Assembly (NCBI GenBank): GCA_003484955.1
Contig: DMZH01000001.1
Coordinates: forward strand, 215,848 to 279,847
DNA length: 64,000 bases
Direction of reading: 5' to 3'
DNA from: Candidatus Woesebacteria bacterium
Lineage (GTDB): Bacteria > Patescibacteriota > Microgenomatia > UBA8517
The translations under genes and the position numbers were made by a program. The notes under the pieces were generated by a model, which ran no database searches, was not told where the DNA came from, and worked only from the letters and a program-made list of their open reading frames with translations. Shown in pieces: positions 8,179 to 18,071 of the stretch (the stretch's first letter is position 1; the number at the start of each line of letters is the position of its first letter).

Positions 8179-9032
8179 CACCTTACGTCTCCACCACAAT
8201 GTTGACAGTTGCTGATGAGTTGTCCAAAAGGTCTTATATTTGATCTTCCGCATTTGGGGCAGGTAAAACTAAGAGAACCATATTTATCCTCAAGTCCGGT
8301 TAAGTTCAAAGTTAAAGACTGGCTTTCAAGAGACGAAACAGATGATGATCCGCTGCAACTGACGGCAAATTTACCGACAAGCCCCTTTTCCTGCATTTCA
8401 TCAGCAATGGACTTGGCACTAGCTCCCGAATGAATCAGATCGACAAAATGGTGAATCAATTCATGGCTTGGGAGAGGGATATTATTTGCTTTAGTGCCTA
8501 TTAACTCTAAAAGATTCCCTAAATGAAAATCCCCATCAACTATGAAAAGTTTATTTCTTAATACTTCAGGGTCTTTAATTCCGGCAAAAACAGGGTTTAA
8601 CTTTGTTGCAACTTCCAAAGTGTGGTCTTTGGCTGTGTCAAAAAGCACGGTCACATTAAAAGTGGTTTTTTCTCCCAAAGGGGTTTCTTCTATTTGGTAC
8701 ATGGTGATTTTGTTGCATGGGTAGACAGAGTCGTATGACGGACTGATCCAGAGGGCTGTGCCCGACGGATTTTCCGATACCCAGGATGTTAACGTATTAA
8801 GAAGTTCTGCATCTTTTTGGCCAAGATAGGAGGACGTGTTGATTTCAATCCGCGTACTGGTTTGAAAATCAAGTAACTCTCCATTTTTATATCTGAATTT
8901 ATATTCGTCAGGCTTTCTGTGTGTTTCGTTAAATGTACTTATTATCTCTTCCCTTAAACGGTCTGGTTTGGTATATCTCCAAGAGGGGATAAACTTTTCG
9001 ATTGTTTTTGTTGGAGACTCTATGTGTGACAT
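8175..9032 (-). CDS. Hypothetical protein with C-terminal Zn ribbon (CPKC...CQHC)
   Basis: ATG at 9032 follows AGGA RBS (285 aa); the track's longer start at 9083 lies inside the RNA leader. Confidence 0.75.
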   Translation of the reverse strand: MSHIESPTKTIEKFIPSWRYTKPDRLREEIISTFNETHRKPDEYKFRYKNGELLDFQTSTRIEINTSSYLGQKDAELLNTLTSWVSENPSGTALWISPSYDSVYPCNKITMYQIEETPLGEKTTFNVTVLFDTAKDHTLEVATKLNPVFAGIKDPEVLRNKLFIVDGDFHLGNLLELIGTKANNIPLPSHELIHHFVDLIHSGASAKSIADEMQEKGLVGKFAVSCSGSSSVSSLESQSLTLNLTGLEDKYGSLSFTCPKCGRSNIRPFGQLISNCQHCGGDVRC

Positions 9033-9114
9033 ATTCCTGCTCGGGACTAAAAGATTGGGCTCTGGATGTAACAGTAGCGGCACTTCTACGGAATTGCACC
9101 GTAATTCACCAATT
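9033..9114 (-). promoter_or_regulatory. Class II cobalamin-riboswitch-like leader
   Basis: Minus strand: TTGG-TGAA-[TTACGG TGCAATT CCGTAG]-A-[AGT GCCGCT ACT]..[CTG TTACATC CAG]-AGC-CCAA...[TCC CGAGCA GGA]-AT-ATG. Two T-loop hairpins; L5 is complementary to the RBS-bearing hairpin. Confidence 0.65.
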
Positions 9115-9119
9115 GGTTT

Positions 9120-9148
9120 AATGTACTTTTAACACGCCTTTCGGTCAA
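9120..9148 (-). promoter_or_regulatory. Sigma70-type promoter driving the riboswitch-like leader
   Basis: TTGACC (9148-9143), 17-bp spacer, TACATT (9125-9120). Confidence 0.6.
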
Positions 9149-9183
9149 GTGGTATATTTATATTAGTAAGGGGGTGATGGTGC

Positions 9184-9357
9184 GTGTTAGGTAAAAGAAA
9201 TAAAGAATTAACTTCTAAAATACTAATGTTTGGGGCGGTTGCCTCAGTTCTTTTTTCGATCGCCGGTTGGATGGGTACCGATATTTGGCTAGCCTCAACC
9301 CAGTGGCTATTGGTAGCAGCAGTTTTGGCCCTTTTTAGCATTTATTTAAAGCAATAA
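9184..9357 (+). CDS. Small two-TM membrane protein (57 aa, below ORF track cutoff)
   Basis: GTG start after AAGGGGGTG; MLGKRNKELTSKILMFGAVASVLFSIAGWMGTDIWLASTQWLLVAAVLALFSIYLKQ*. Confidence 0.6.
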   Translation: MLGKRNKELTSKILMFGAVASVLFSIAGWMGTDIWLASTQWLLVAAVLALFSIYLKQ

Positions 9358-9453
9358 TGACTTGACTGCGGAGAAAGCGCGTTAATTTTGCGGAAATTAC
9401 TGCCACGCCCCAGGCTTGACAATGGCCTGACTTAGTGTTAACTTTCGCTCAAG

Positions 9454-9897
9454 GTGAATATAAAGAGGGTGGTTATAGTATTTATTATCTTGGTAATAAT
9501 CATTGCGGGAGCACTTCTTGTTTCTCAAAAGATTAAAAATAATAGGACTTCTATCAGTTTTCCCGAGGCAACCCCAACAGTTGAGCAGCAAATTGAGGAG
9601 AAATTCAAGGGATTGATAATACCGGATGATGCAGAAAAAGTAGAGCTCAAAAATGTATCAGGAGAGGAAGGAATGGGTATGGCCACAAGGAATGAAATTT
9701 TGGCGGATCTTCCCGATTTACAAAAAGGCGAAAACTATCAGGTTCTACTGGGGAATGGAACAAAAACAGTTCTTTTAGGAAGCATGAGGCAGGCAAAAGG
9801 AGGCTATCTTTTGGAATATGATTCTTCAAAATACCCTGGGTACAACCAAATTGTTGTAGTAAGAGGCGTCAAGCATATATTGGAAGGCTCGTTTTAA
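9454..9897 (+). CDS. Membrane-anchored hypothetical protein
   Basis: N-terminal TM helix, 147 aa. Confidence 0.7.
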   Translation: MNIKRVVIVFIILVIIIAGALLVSQKIKNNRTSISFPEATPTVEQQIEEKFKGLIIPDDAEKVELKNVSGEEGMGMATRNEILADLPDLQKGENYQVLLGNGTKTVLLGSMRQAKGGYLLEYDSSKYPGYNQIVVVRGVKHILEGSF

Positions 9898-9939
9898 TAA
9901 TATAGACGGAAACAATCCGGTAGGTTAATATGAATAAGG

Positions 9940-10194
9940 ATGCAGATCACAATTTACTCCACAGCAACTTGCCCCTATTGCAAAATACTGAAAGATTATC
10001 TGAAGGAAAAAGGGGTGTCTTTTGTCGAAAAAAATATAGATTCGGATGAGAAGGCAAAAGAAGAGATGTCAAACCTTTCTGGAGGATTTTTTGGGGTACC
10101 TTTTACTCTAATATCGTTTAATGACGGAAGAAAAGAAACGGTAATAGGCTTTGATAAAGGTAAAATTAATTCTATTTTGAATCTACAAGGATGA
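9940..10194 (+). CDS. Glutaredoxin / NrdH-like redoxin
   Basis: CPYC active site, GVP motif, IGFD. Confidence 0.9.
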   Translation: MQITIYSTATCPYCKILKDYLKEKGVSFVEKNIDSDEKAKEEMSNLSGGFFGVPFTLISFNDGRKETVIGFDKGKINSILNLQG

Positions 10195-10850
10195 TTTTCG
10201 TAAATTACAAAACTTTTGAAGAAGGCTCCGGTGAAAAAGCAGTTGCTCTGACCAGAAAAATTGAGGAGGCAGCCCATGAATCGCAAGTAAAGATAATTCC
10301 GGTAGTTCAGATAATTGATGCCGAGGTAGTTTTGGCTTCTACTACTCTTGAGGTTTGGATACAGCATGTGGATCCTCTTAATTACGGTCCGCATACTGGT
10401 TGGACTCTACCTGAAGAGGTAGCAAGGATCGGTATTTCGGGAGTATTTCTGAATCATTCCGAGCACAAATTTAACGATTTTGAGGCTCTCCGCACGGCAA
10501 ACGAAAAAGCAAAAGAGGCAAATCTCAAAACACTAATTTTTGCAGGCAGTCTTGAGGAACTGAAAAATATTGCGGCACTTAAACCAACCCTTGTTGCTTA
10601 TGAACCGCCGGAGCTGGTGGGTTCAACCGAAACATCAGTTGCCAGGGCGCAGCCGGAAATTATTTCTCAGGCGTATAATATTACTCAAAGCTCTGGTGAG
10701 CCTTTGATAGTGGGTGCAGGGGTAAGCTCGATGGAGGATATTAAAAAGAGTTTGGAGCTTGGAGCGGTGGGTGTTGCTATTGCAACGGCGGTAGTTAAGG
10801 CCCCCGATCCCAAAGCAAAATTGTTAGAATTAACGGAGGGTTTTAAATGA
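10191..10850 (+). CDS. tpiA: Triosephosphate isomerase (short, archaeal-type)
   Basis: VNYKT, QHVD...GPHTG, LNHSEH, AYEPPELVG; 219 aa. Confidence 0.92.
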   Translation: MIFVNYKTFEEGSGEKAVALTRKIEEAAHESQVKIIPVVQIIDAEVVLASTTLEVWIQHVDPLNYGPHTGWTLPEEVARIGISGVFLNHSEHKFNDFEALRTANEKAKEANLKTLIFAGSLEELKNIAALKPTLVAYEPPELVGSTETSVARAQPEIISQAYNITQSSGEPLIVGAGVSSMEDIKKSLELGAVGVAIATAVVKAPDPKAKLLELTEGFK

Positions 10851-11296
10851 AAATTTTTATCGGGGCTGATCACAGGGGGTATGAGTTGAAAGAAAAAATT
10901 GCCAAATGGCTTTTTGATATGGAGTACCCCTATCAGGATCTTGGGGCAACTCATTTTGATCCACACGACGACTATACAAAATACGCGGAGGATGTCGCAT
11001 CGCTTGTTGCCAAAACGGGAGGAGCGCGCGGAGTTCTTCTTTGCGGGAGTGGGGTCGGGGTTGACGTTGTTGCAAATAAATTCGACGGAGTAAGGGCGTC
11101 AATTGGAAAATCAGTTTTTCAGGTTGAAGCGGGAAGAAATGACGACGATATGAATATACTAGTCATCGCCGCCGACTTTACCGATGAAAGAGATACAAAG
11201 GCAATGCTTATCGCTTTTCTGGAAACAAAATTTTCCGGTAAGGCAAGATACGAGCGGAGACTTCAGGAAATTACGGAAATAGAAGCAAATAATTAA
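10847..11296 (+). CDS. rpiB: Ribose-5-phosphate isomerase B
   Basis: GADHRGYELK, CGSGVG, ANKFDGVRA. Confidence 0.92.
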   Translation: MKIFIGADHRGYELKEKIAKWLFDMEYPYQDLGATHFDPHDDYTKYAEDVASLVAKTGGARGVLLCGSGVGVDVVANKFDGVRASIGKSVFQVEAGRNDDDMNILVIAADFTDERDTKAMLIAFLETKFSGKARYERRLQEITEIEANN

Positions 11297-11297
11297 G

Positions 11298-12257
11298 ATG
11301 AACCTGCCCAAACTTACCGATATTGATGTTTCCGGAAAAAGAGTCATCGTTAGGGCCGATTTGGATATTGTCGGATCTGAGAATTATAGGCTTGACGCAA
11401 TTACACCTACTTTAGACTTCCTTTTCAACAAGGCCTCAAAAATAACGGTTATCGGACACAAGGGGAGGCCCGGAGGGGTATACGACGAGGGTTTAAGCAC
11501 AAAAGGACTACAGCCATTTTTCGATAAATGGAGAGCAAAAGTTGAAGAAAATTTAAGATTTGATCCCGGAGAAGAGGCTAATGACCCTGAATTTGCTAAA
11601 AAGTTGGCAAGTTTGGGTGATGTCTATATTAATGAAGCATTTGCGTCGTCTCATCGGGATTCGGCCTCAATCACTTCGCTTCCAAAGCTATTGCCCCACG
11701 CAGCAGGGATAAGATTTGCTCAAGAAGTAGAGAATCTGAATAAAGTTTTGGAAGACCCCAAAAGGCCGGTTTTGTTTATTATCGGTGGGTCAAAAGATGA
11801 CAAGGTCGACTATATAAAAAGTTTGGAACCCTTTGCAGACAAAATATTAGTTGGTGGGAGACTCCCCGAGTATTACGGGGATAGGGCTCTTGAAAGCGTA
11901 AGGGAACAAAAAGAAGGAGATAAATTAGTTATCGCAAATCTGGTGCAGGATAAAGAAGATATCACTCTGAACTCGATTGAGAGGTTTGAGAAAGAAATAG
12001 GAAAAGCGAAAACAATAGTTCTTGCCGGTCCAATGGGAAAATATGAGGTAGAGGGACACATGCAGGGAACTGAAAGGGTTTTTAGGGCTGTCGCAAACTC
12101 CAATGCATATAAGGTAACCGGGGGAGGAGACAGTCTCGTGGTTATTGACAAACTTAGTCTTGTCCAAAAATTTGACTGGGTATCGGTTGGCGGAGGGGCA
12201 ATGCTTGAGTTCCTGTCCAAAAAGACACTTCCAGGTATTGAAGCTTTGAAACAGTGA
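11298..12257 (+). CDS. pgk: Phosphoglycerate kinase (compact)
   Basis: RVIVRADLD, HKGRP, ENLRF, NEAFASSHR, GGGDS, VSVGGGAMLEFL. Confidence 0.92.
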   Translation: MNLPKLTDIDVSGKRVIVRADLDIVGSENYRLDAITPTLDFLFNKASKITVIGHKGRPGGVYDEGLSTKGLQPFFDKWRAKVEENLRFDPGEEANDPEFAKKLASLGDVYINEAFASSHRDSASITSLPKLLPHAAGIRFAQEVENLNKVLEDPKRPVLFIIGGSKDDKVDYIKSLEPFADKILVGGRLPEYYGDRALESVREQKEGDKLVIANLVQDKEDITLNSIERFEKEIGKAKTIVLAGPMGKYEVEGHMQGTERVFRAVANSNAYKVTGGGDSLVVIDKLSLVQKFDWVSVGGGAMLEFLSKKTLPGIEALKQ

Positions 12258-12307
12258 TTTTTTAAATGTGCTAATGTTAATAGAGGGATGAAGGGAGGTG
12301 AGAATAA

Positions 12308-12505
12308 ATGAAACTGAAGACAATTTCTAAATGGTTGGTGGTGATTGGAGCAATAGAGTTAGGTCTAATGAGTGTTTTAAAATTTGATTTGATTGGAAGC
12401 CTAATCGGAGGGTGGCCGGTGGTCGTGATGATCTTTTATGCGCTGGTTGGGATTTCCGGTTTTTGGGGAGCTTATGCCATGCTTACCAAGAAAAAGAAGA
12501 AATAA
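12308..12505 (+). CDS. DUF378 family small membrane protein
   Basis: LVVIGAIELGL...FDLIGSLIG...YALVGISG; strong RBS. Confidence 0.8.
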   Translation: MKLKTISKWLVVIGAIELGLMSVLKFDLIGSLIGGWPVVVMIFYALVGISGFWGAYAMLTKKKKK

Positions 12506-12506
12506 C

Positions 12507-13193
12507 CTATTTCTTGTTATTTGCCAAGAGTGTTTTGACGACTCTGACGGGATATTCCAGAAAGAATGATTCCGGATGTTTCTTGAGTCTTCTTGCTGAG
12601 ATTCCCACGATCAGGGCGGGGTCGTATCCGATCCTGCCTCCGACTTTTGCAATTTTAAGTGATAAATCCATATCTTCATGAACTTTTTTGTCATCCATTT
12701 CCACAATATCTTTTACTTGCGTCCAGATTTTTTTGGTAATAACCATGTTGGGTCCGATCAAATATTTTTTACCTTTTGCTATCAATTTGAACGATTTCCA
12801 GGCTAAATCCGCGGGAAGGGTTGAAGTCGACTTAAGTATTTCCGAGTCGTTAAAAAAAACGGGTCCGGTAAGGGCGTCAATGTCTCCTTTTTCAAAATTA
12901 CTTTTAATCCTCTTGATCCAATCTTTTGGAACAACCGTATCCGCATCACATCTGGCAATAATTTCGTATTTGGCTGAATTAAAACCCCTATTCCTGGCCG
13001 GAGTCATACCTTGAACCTTTTCATTGACTATTCTTGCCCCAAACTTTCTGGCAAAAGTCTCCGTCTTGTCCGTCGAGTTATTATTTACAACAATGATTTC
13101 ATCCGCCGAAACCACCTGGTTGACGACACTTATAAGACATTTTTTTATATATTTCTCCTCGTTGTAGGCGGGAATTACTACAGAAACCCTCAT
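12507..13193 (-). CDS. Glycosyltransferase family 2
   Basis: SVVIPAYNEE, NNSTDKT, ARNRG, DAD, EDMDL. Confidence 0.92.
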   Translation of the reverse strand: MRVSVVIPAYNEEKYIKKCLISVVNQVVSADEIIVVNNNSTDKTETFARKFGARIVNEKVQGMTPARNRGFNSAKYEIIARCDADTVVPKDWIKRIKSNFEKGDIDALTGPVFFNDSEILKSTSTLPADLAWKSFKLIAKGKKYLIGPNMVITKKIWTQVKDIVEMDDKKVHEDMDLSLKIAKVGGRIGYDPALIVGISARRLKKHPESFFLEYPVRVVKTLLANNKK

Positions 13194-13285
13194 ATGTGTA
13201 TATTATGACACTCTCCTTGCCTAAAAGGCCAGGTTAATGGGGTTCGTGGTTTTCTTGAATGCTGATATAATAAAATATAACTGCC

Positions 13286-14389
13286 ATGATTAAAGTAGGT
13301 ATAAATGGTTTTGGAAGAATTGGAAGAATTGCCTTCAGGATTGGTGTTCTCAAACATCTTGACGAGATTGAATTTGCTGCAATTAATACTTCGGGTAGTA
13401 TGCCGGTAGAGAGTTGGGCGCATCTGACAAACTACGATACGATGTACCGACAGTTTGAACTGAAAGTTAAGGGTGAAGAGATAAAAACTCCTAGTGAAGC
13501 CACAGATGAGGATCCTTTAATTGGTAATTTAATGATACCGGAAAGAAATATTAAAGTTCCGGTTTTTGCCCAGAAAGATCCTGCCAAAATCCCATGGGGA
13601 AAATATGGGGTTGACGTCGTAATTGAATCTACGGGTGTTTTTACTAAAGAAGAGGATGCCAAAAAACACGCTGTAGGTGGAGCTAAAAAAGTCGTCATCT
13701 CAGCTCCCACAAAGGGGGAGAATGTTCCAACTTATATTATTGGTGTTAACGAAACTGATAATCTTCCACAAATACTTTCAAATTCGTCCTGTACCACCAA
13801 TTCTGTTGCTCCCATTGCTTCAATTATTCACTCAAAATTCGGAATTGAAAAAGCCCTATTAACAACGGTTCACAGTTACACTGACGATCAAAATTTGCAG
13901 GACGGTTCCCATAAAGACTTAAGACGTGCCAGAGCGGCAGCGCAAAACATAATTCCTACAAGCACCGGAGCTGCCATTTCTACAACAGAGACAATACCGG
14001 AACTTAGAGGTCTTTTTGACGGAGTGAGTTTAAGGGTTCCAACAACAACAGGATCTATAACGGATTTTACGGTACTTCTTAAGAAATACGTAACAGTAGA
14101 GGAGATAAATAATGTATTTAAAGAGGCAGTAAAAAACCCCTTGTATAAGGGAATAATAGCGGTAACTGAGGAACCTTTGGTATCAAGTGATATTATCGGA
14201 AGAAGCGAATCTGCAATAGTAGATCTTTCTTTAACGCAGGTGGTTGCGGGAAATCTTGTCAAAATCTTTGCATGGTATGACAACGAATGGGGTTATGCAA
14301 ACAGACTTGTCGAGCAGGTAATTCGTGTGGGCAGAACTTTAGAAGGCGGGGCAGCTCCTACTGATCCGATTTCCTTGTCATTCAAATAA
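13286..14389 (+). CDS. gap: Glyceraldehyde-3-phosphate dehydrogenase type I
   Basis: GINGFGRIGR, SCTTN, WYDNEWGY. Confidence 0.96.
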   Translation: MIKVGINGFGRIGRIAFRIGVLKHLDEIEFAAINTSGSMPVESWAHLTNYDTMYRQFELKVKGEEIKTPSEATDEDPLIGNLMIPERNIKVPVFAQKDPAKIPWGKYGVDVVIESTGVFTKEEDAKKHAVGGAKKVVISAPTKGENVPTYIIGVNETDNLPQILSNSSCTTNSVAPIASIIHSKFGIEKALLTTVHSYTDDQNLQDGSHKDLRRARAAAQNIIPTSTGAAISTTETIPELRGLFDGVSLRVPTTTGSITDFTVLLKKYVTVEEINNVFKEAVKNPLYKGIIAVTEEPLVSSDIIGRSESAIVDLSLTQVVAGNLVKIFAWYDNEWGYANRLVEQVIRVGRTLEGGAAPTDPISLSFK

Positions 14390-14392
14390 CAA

Positions 14393-15034
14393 ATGGAGGA
14401 ATTAAAAAAATATTCCGGGAAAAAATTTATTAAAAATATTGCATTTTTTGGAGATGCAAATATCTCCGAAACAGATGAGGCATATGTGGAGGCTTTTGAA
14501 GTTGCCGAGGCTTTGGCCAAGAGGGGTTATGTAATAATCGACGGTGGTGGACCGGGTGTAATGGAGGCAGCCACGAGCGGTGCCAGAAAAGGGGGCGGAA
14601 AAACGGTTGCCATCACTTTTGATCCGGTCGGGGCGGTCGGGTATGAAGGGCGTTACATTAAAAATGTTACCGACACGGAAGTTGTAACTACAAATTATAT
14701 CGATCGCATGTTTAAACTTCTGGAGTATGGCGATGTTTTTGTTATTTTTAAGGGTGGAAGTGGGACGGTTTCTGAATTTGGCACCGCCTGGGTTTTGGCC
14801 AAACTTTATTTTGGACACCACAAACCGATTATTCTTTACGGCCGTTTTTGGGCTGAAATTTTGGATGTTTTCAGAAAAAACATGAACATCGACAGCACCG
14901 AGATGAGTGTTTTCGAAATCTGTTCTACAAAAGATGAGGTTTTAAGCGCCATTGACAGATTCGAAAACAAAATTTCCCAAAGGGATCATTCGGAAGACGG
15001 CGATGGTTCAATGGATAGTGCTTTTAAAGTATAA
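14393..15034 (+). CDS. LOG/SLOG family nucleotide-binding protein
   Basis: GGGPGVMEAA...GA, KGGSGTVSE motif. Confidence 0.85.
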   Translation: MEELKKYSGKKFIKNIAFFGDANISETDEAYVEAFEVAEALAKRGYVIIDGGGPGVMEAATSGARKGGGKTVAITFDPVGAVGYEGRYIKNVTDTEVVTTNYIDRMFKLLEYGDVFVIFKGGSGTVSEFGTAWVLAKLYFGHHKPIILYGRFWAEILDVFRKNMNIDSTEMSVFEICSTKDEVLSAIDRFENKISQRDHSEDGDGSMDSAFKV

Positions 15035-15049
15035 AGCTCCTGAATTCTT

Positions 15050-15826
15050 ATGGAAATTGATATAAACAATTTGGAAAGTATCTCCGGACGAGTGAGAAGA
15101 AATATTCTTGAAATGGTTTACAAAGCCGGATCGGGACACCCCGGAGGATCGCTTTCCGCAGTTGAAATTATGGTGGCTCTTTATTTCGGAATCTTAGAAG
15201 ATCGGGATCGTTTTTTCTTGTCGAACGGACATATCTGCCCGGCACTTTACTCTGTTATGGCAGAAAAGGGTTTGATTGATAAAAATTTATTGGCAAGTTA
15301 TACCGAGCTTGGATCTTCTCTTCAAGGGCATCCCGAAAAGACAAAACTGAAAGGTATAGAAAATACATCGGGACCGCTGGGACTTGGTCTTGCCCAGGCA
15401 GCCGGATTTGCGGCTATAAAGAAAGGTTCGTATATTTATTGCATGACCAGCGATGGGGAACACGATGAAGGAAATCATTGGGAAGCGGTAAATTTTGCCG
15501 CCAAGTATAAACTATCAAACCTGATTCAGATTGTTGATAAAAATGGAATTCAGATTGAGGGAACTGTCGAGGAAATAATGCCCCTAGGCAGCCTCAAGGA
15601 AAAGTATTTAGCTTCCGACTGGAATGTTTTTGAAATCGACGGACACAATTTTGATGAGATTTTTGATTCGACTAGTAAAGCCAGGGATAAAAAAGGCAAA
15701 CCAAGTGTAATTCTTGCAAACACGGTTTTTGGCAAAGGCATTTCTTTTATGGAGAGTAATCCCGATTGGCACGCAAAAGCACCAAATGGGGATGAGTTTA
15801 GGAAAGCAATGGAGGAACTAAAATGA
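15050..15826 (+). CDS. Transketolase N-terminal subunit
   Basis: SGHPGGSLS, LSNGH, LQGHP, SDGEHDEG. Confidence 0.93.
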   Translation: MEIDINNLESISGRVRRNILEMVYKAGSGHPGGSLSAVEIMVALYFGILEDRDRFFLSNGHICPALYSVMAEKGLIDKNLLASYTELGSSLQGHPEKTKLKGIENTSGPLGLGLAQAAGFAAIKKGSYIYCMTSDGEHDEGNHWEAVNFAAKYKLSNLIQIVDKNGIQIEGTVEEIMPLGSLKEKYLASDWNVFEIDGHNFDEIFDSTSKARDKKGKPSVILANTVFGKGISFMESNPDWHAKAPNGDEFRKAMEELK

Positions 15827-16770
15827 TGAAATCAATGCGTGGCGGATTCGGGGAGATGCTGGTTGAATTGGGCAAGAAAAACCCCGATATTGTTGTTCTG
15901 ACGGCTGACCTGGCCGATTCAACAAGAGTAAAAGAGTTTGCGGAAGCTTTTCCCAACAGATTTTTCCAGGTTGGGGTAGCCGAACAGGCTCTTGTAACCG
16001 TTGCTGCCGGTATGGCTGGAGCGGGTAAAATTCCATTTATTACAAGTTATGCCGTTTTTTCCCCCGGAAGAACATTTGAACAGATAAAAGTAACGGCTGC
16101 ACTTAGTGATTTGCCTGTCAAAATAGTTGGATCACATGCCGGATTTGGCGCTTCAATGTATGGGGCAACACACCAGAGTTTGGAAGACATAGCTCTCATG
16201 CGGGTAATTCCTAATATGGTTGTTGTTTCCCCTTGTGACTATGAAGAAGCCAAGAAAGCCACTTTTGCTGTTGCCGAAAACGGAAAACCATCCTATTTAA
16301 GACTGGCCAGACAGGACTCACCAATTATTACGGATGAAAATTCAAAATTTGAAATAGGAAAAGCCGTTATTCTAAGGGAAAGCAAGGATCCACAAGTAGC
16401 AATAATCGGCTGCGGCCCTGTTCTTGCAGAAGCCCTGGCAGCTGCCGATCAATTAAAAGATATTGGTATAGAAGTGATGGTTATAAATAACCATACAATT
16501 AAACCCATTGATGACATTGCAATTACAAATGCTGCAAGAATTTGTGGAGCTATTGTAACCGTTGAAGAACATCAGGTAATGGGTGGATTGGGGAGTACTG
16601 TTGCCGAAGTAGTTACTCAAGGTCATATTGTTCCCATGGAGTTTGTAGGAGTTAAAGATGTTTTTGGTGAATCGGCAAAAAACTATCAGGAACTCTGGAA
16701 AAAGTTTGGGTTAACTAAAGAAAATATCACTGAAGCCGTTAAGAAAGTAATTACTCGCAAAAACTCTTAA
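15823..16770 (+). CDS. Transketolase C-terminal subunit
   Basis: ADLADST, VGVAEQ, GATHQ, TVEEH. Confidence 0.93.
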   Translation: MMKSMRGGFGEMLVELGKKNPDIVVLTADLADSTRVKEFAEAFPNRFFQVGVAEQALVTVAAGMAGAGKIPFITSYAVFSPGRTFEQIKVTAALSDLPVKIVGSHAGFGASMYGATHQSLEDIALMRVIPNMVVVSPCDYEEAKKATFAVAENGKPSYLRLARQDSPIITDENSKFEIGKAVILRESKDPQVAIIGCGPVLAEALAAADQLKDIGIEVMVINNHTIKPIDDIAITNAARICGAIVTVEEHQVMGGLGSTVAEVVTQGHIVPMEFVGVKDVFGESAKNYQELWKKFGLTKENITEAVKKVITRKNS

Positions 16771-17429
16771 TCTGTGAATTTAAAAGTGGAGAGGATTTTG
16801 TAGAATTTAGAACCATCCCCATTATATTCATCCTCAGGATAAGTAGCAGTAGTTAAAACAGCAATAATCTTGCTTTCTTTGGCTATGTAATAATGAGAAA
16901 AACTGCCGCCACCTTCGTCAAACTCCTCGGCCAGATAGGTGTTATAACCACTAATTTTTAGTGAACTCTCATTTTTATTATCTAAATCTTGAATATCTTT
17001 ATAAAACGGGTTTGCAAAGTCAATTTCGATACTTGGAGTTGTTTCGTTATTAAGAATTGTTATTAAATCTTTATTAAAATTTATTCCATTAACCGTGGCT
17101 TTACCGGTATCCTCTGTTAATTCCCAGTTATTAGGATATTGAATTTGAAAATGGTGTTTGCTGTTGTTGTATGTTTCCCAATTTACAGTTGGGTCAGAAG
17201 TGGCTGAAACAGTTGGGGATGAGGTTGGTGGCGCGGCAATTTGTTTTTTAAGTTGGTAGTTTTGATAGAACAAGAATGTGGAAGTTCCAAGAAGCAAAAT
17301 TATTAGGATACTCATCAAAATAACTAGTTTTGCGGAATTCAACTTGACTGGTGCAATATTTTCAGAACTGTTGTTTGCCGGAGGAAAATTACTGCTTGAT
17401 ATGGGTGTCTGGACGGGATTTTGATCCAT
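16767..17429 (-). CDS. Single-TM surface protein (PsbP-like extracellular domain)
   Basis: TM helix, P/T/S linker, WETYNN...FQIQYPNNW, ends ILSTFKF. Confidence 0.7.
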   Translation of the reverse strand: MDQNPVQTPISSSNFPPANNSSENIAPVKLNSAKLVILMSILIILLLGTSTFLFYQNYQLKKQIAAPPTSSPTVSATSDPTVNWETYNNSKHHFQIQYPNNWELTEDTGKATVNGINFNKDLITILNNETTPSIEIDFANPFYKDIQDLDNKNESSLKISGYNTYLAEEFDEGGGSFSHYYIAKESKIIAVLTTATYPEDEYNGDGSKFYKILSTFKFTD

Positions 17430-17447
17430 ACATTAAATATACATCAT

Positions 17448-18002
17448 CTAGAAATTTATTGGAATCTCAAGAGTTTTTGAGTTTTCAGGATTTCCGCTAG
17501 GATTGTCATTTTCCAAAATCAAAGTTCCGGAACCTGTAGCGGCTTTAAATGTTAAAGTTGCGCTAAATTCCACCAACCCTCCTGTCTGCCAGCTTCCCTT
17601 GACCGTTTCTCTGGCACCCGTCTGGGCAATTATGTTTTGACCCAAATCAACAAGTTTTATGGGGAATGTCCCTTCAAACATCCAACCGGCGGGGACAGTG
17701 CCGGTAACCTTTAAAGGGCTTTTCACTTTTGAGCCCGCGGAAGGCGATGAAACGGTCGGCAGGTCGGCAGAAGGTGCCGGCGATGGGGTGGTAGTTAAAA
17801 CCGGAGCGGGAGTTACCTGATAACCGGCTAATTTTTCTTTTAGAGTTTGGTTTTGATTATACAAAAAAACAATTGCGCCTAGAGCTAAAAGAATAAAAGC
17901 AGCAACGCTTAAAATTGTGACCAGACCACTTGAGAAATTCTGATTTTTTGGTACGGGATTTTGGGAAATTATCACATGGGACACTTCATCAACAGGGTTC
18001 AT
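17448..18002 (-). CDS. Single-TM protein with Gmad2 immunoglobulin-like domain
   Basis: SPLKVTG...WMFEGTFPIKL...NDNPSG motif; start 18002 or 18020. Confidence 0.8.
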   Translation of the reverse strand: MNPVDEVSHVIISQNPVPKNQNFSSGLVTILSVAAFILLALGAIVFLYNQNQTLKEKLAGYQVTPAPVLTTTPSPAPSADLPTVSSPSAGSKVKSPLKVTGTVPAGWMFEGTFPIKLVDLGQNIIAQTGARETVKGSWQTGGLVEFSATLTFKAATGSGTLILENDNPSGNPENSKTLEIPINF

Positions 18003-18071
18003 ATGCAGAAATTGTAACATAATCTGCTTTACTCATGAAGCGATTAGCTCTAAACTGATAAATATATCATT

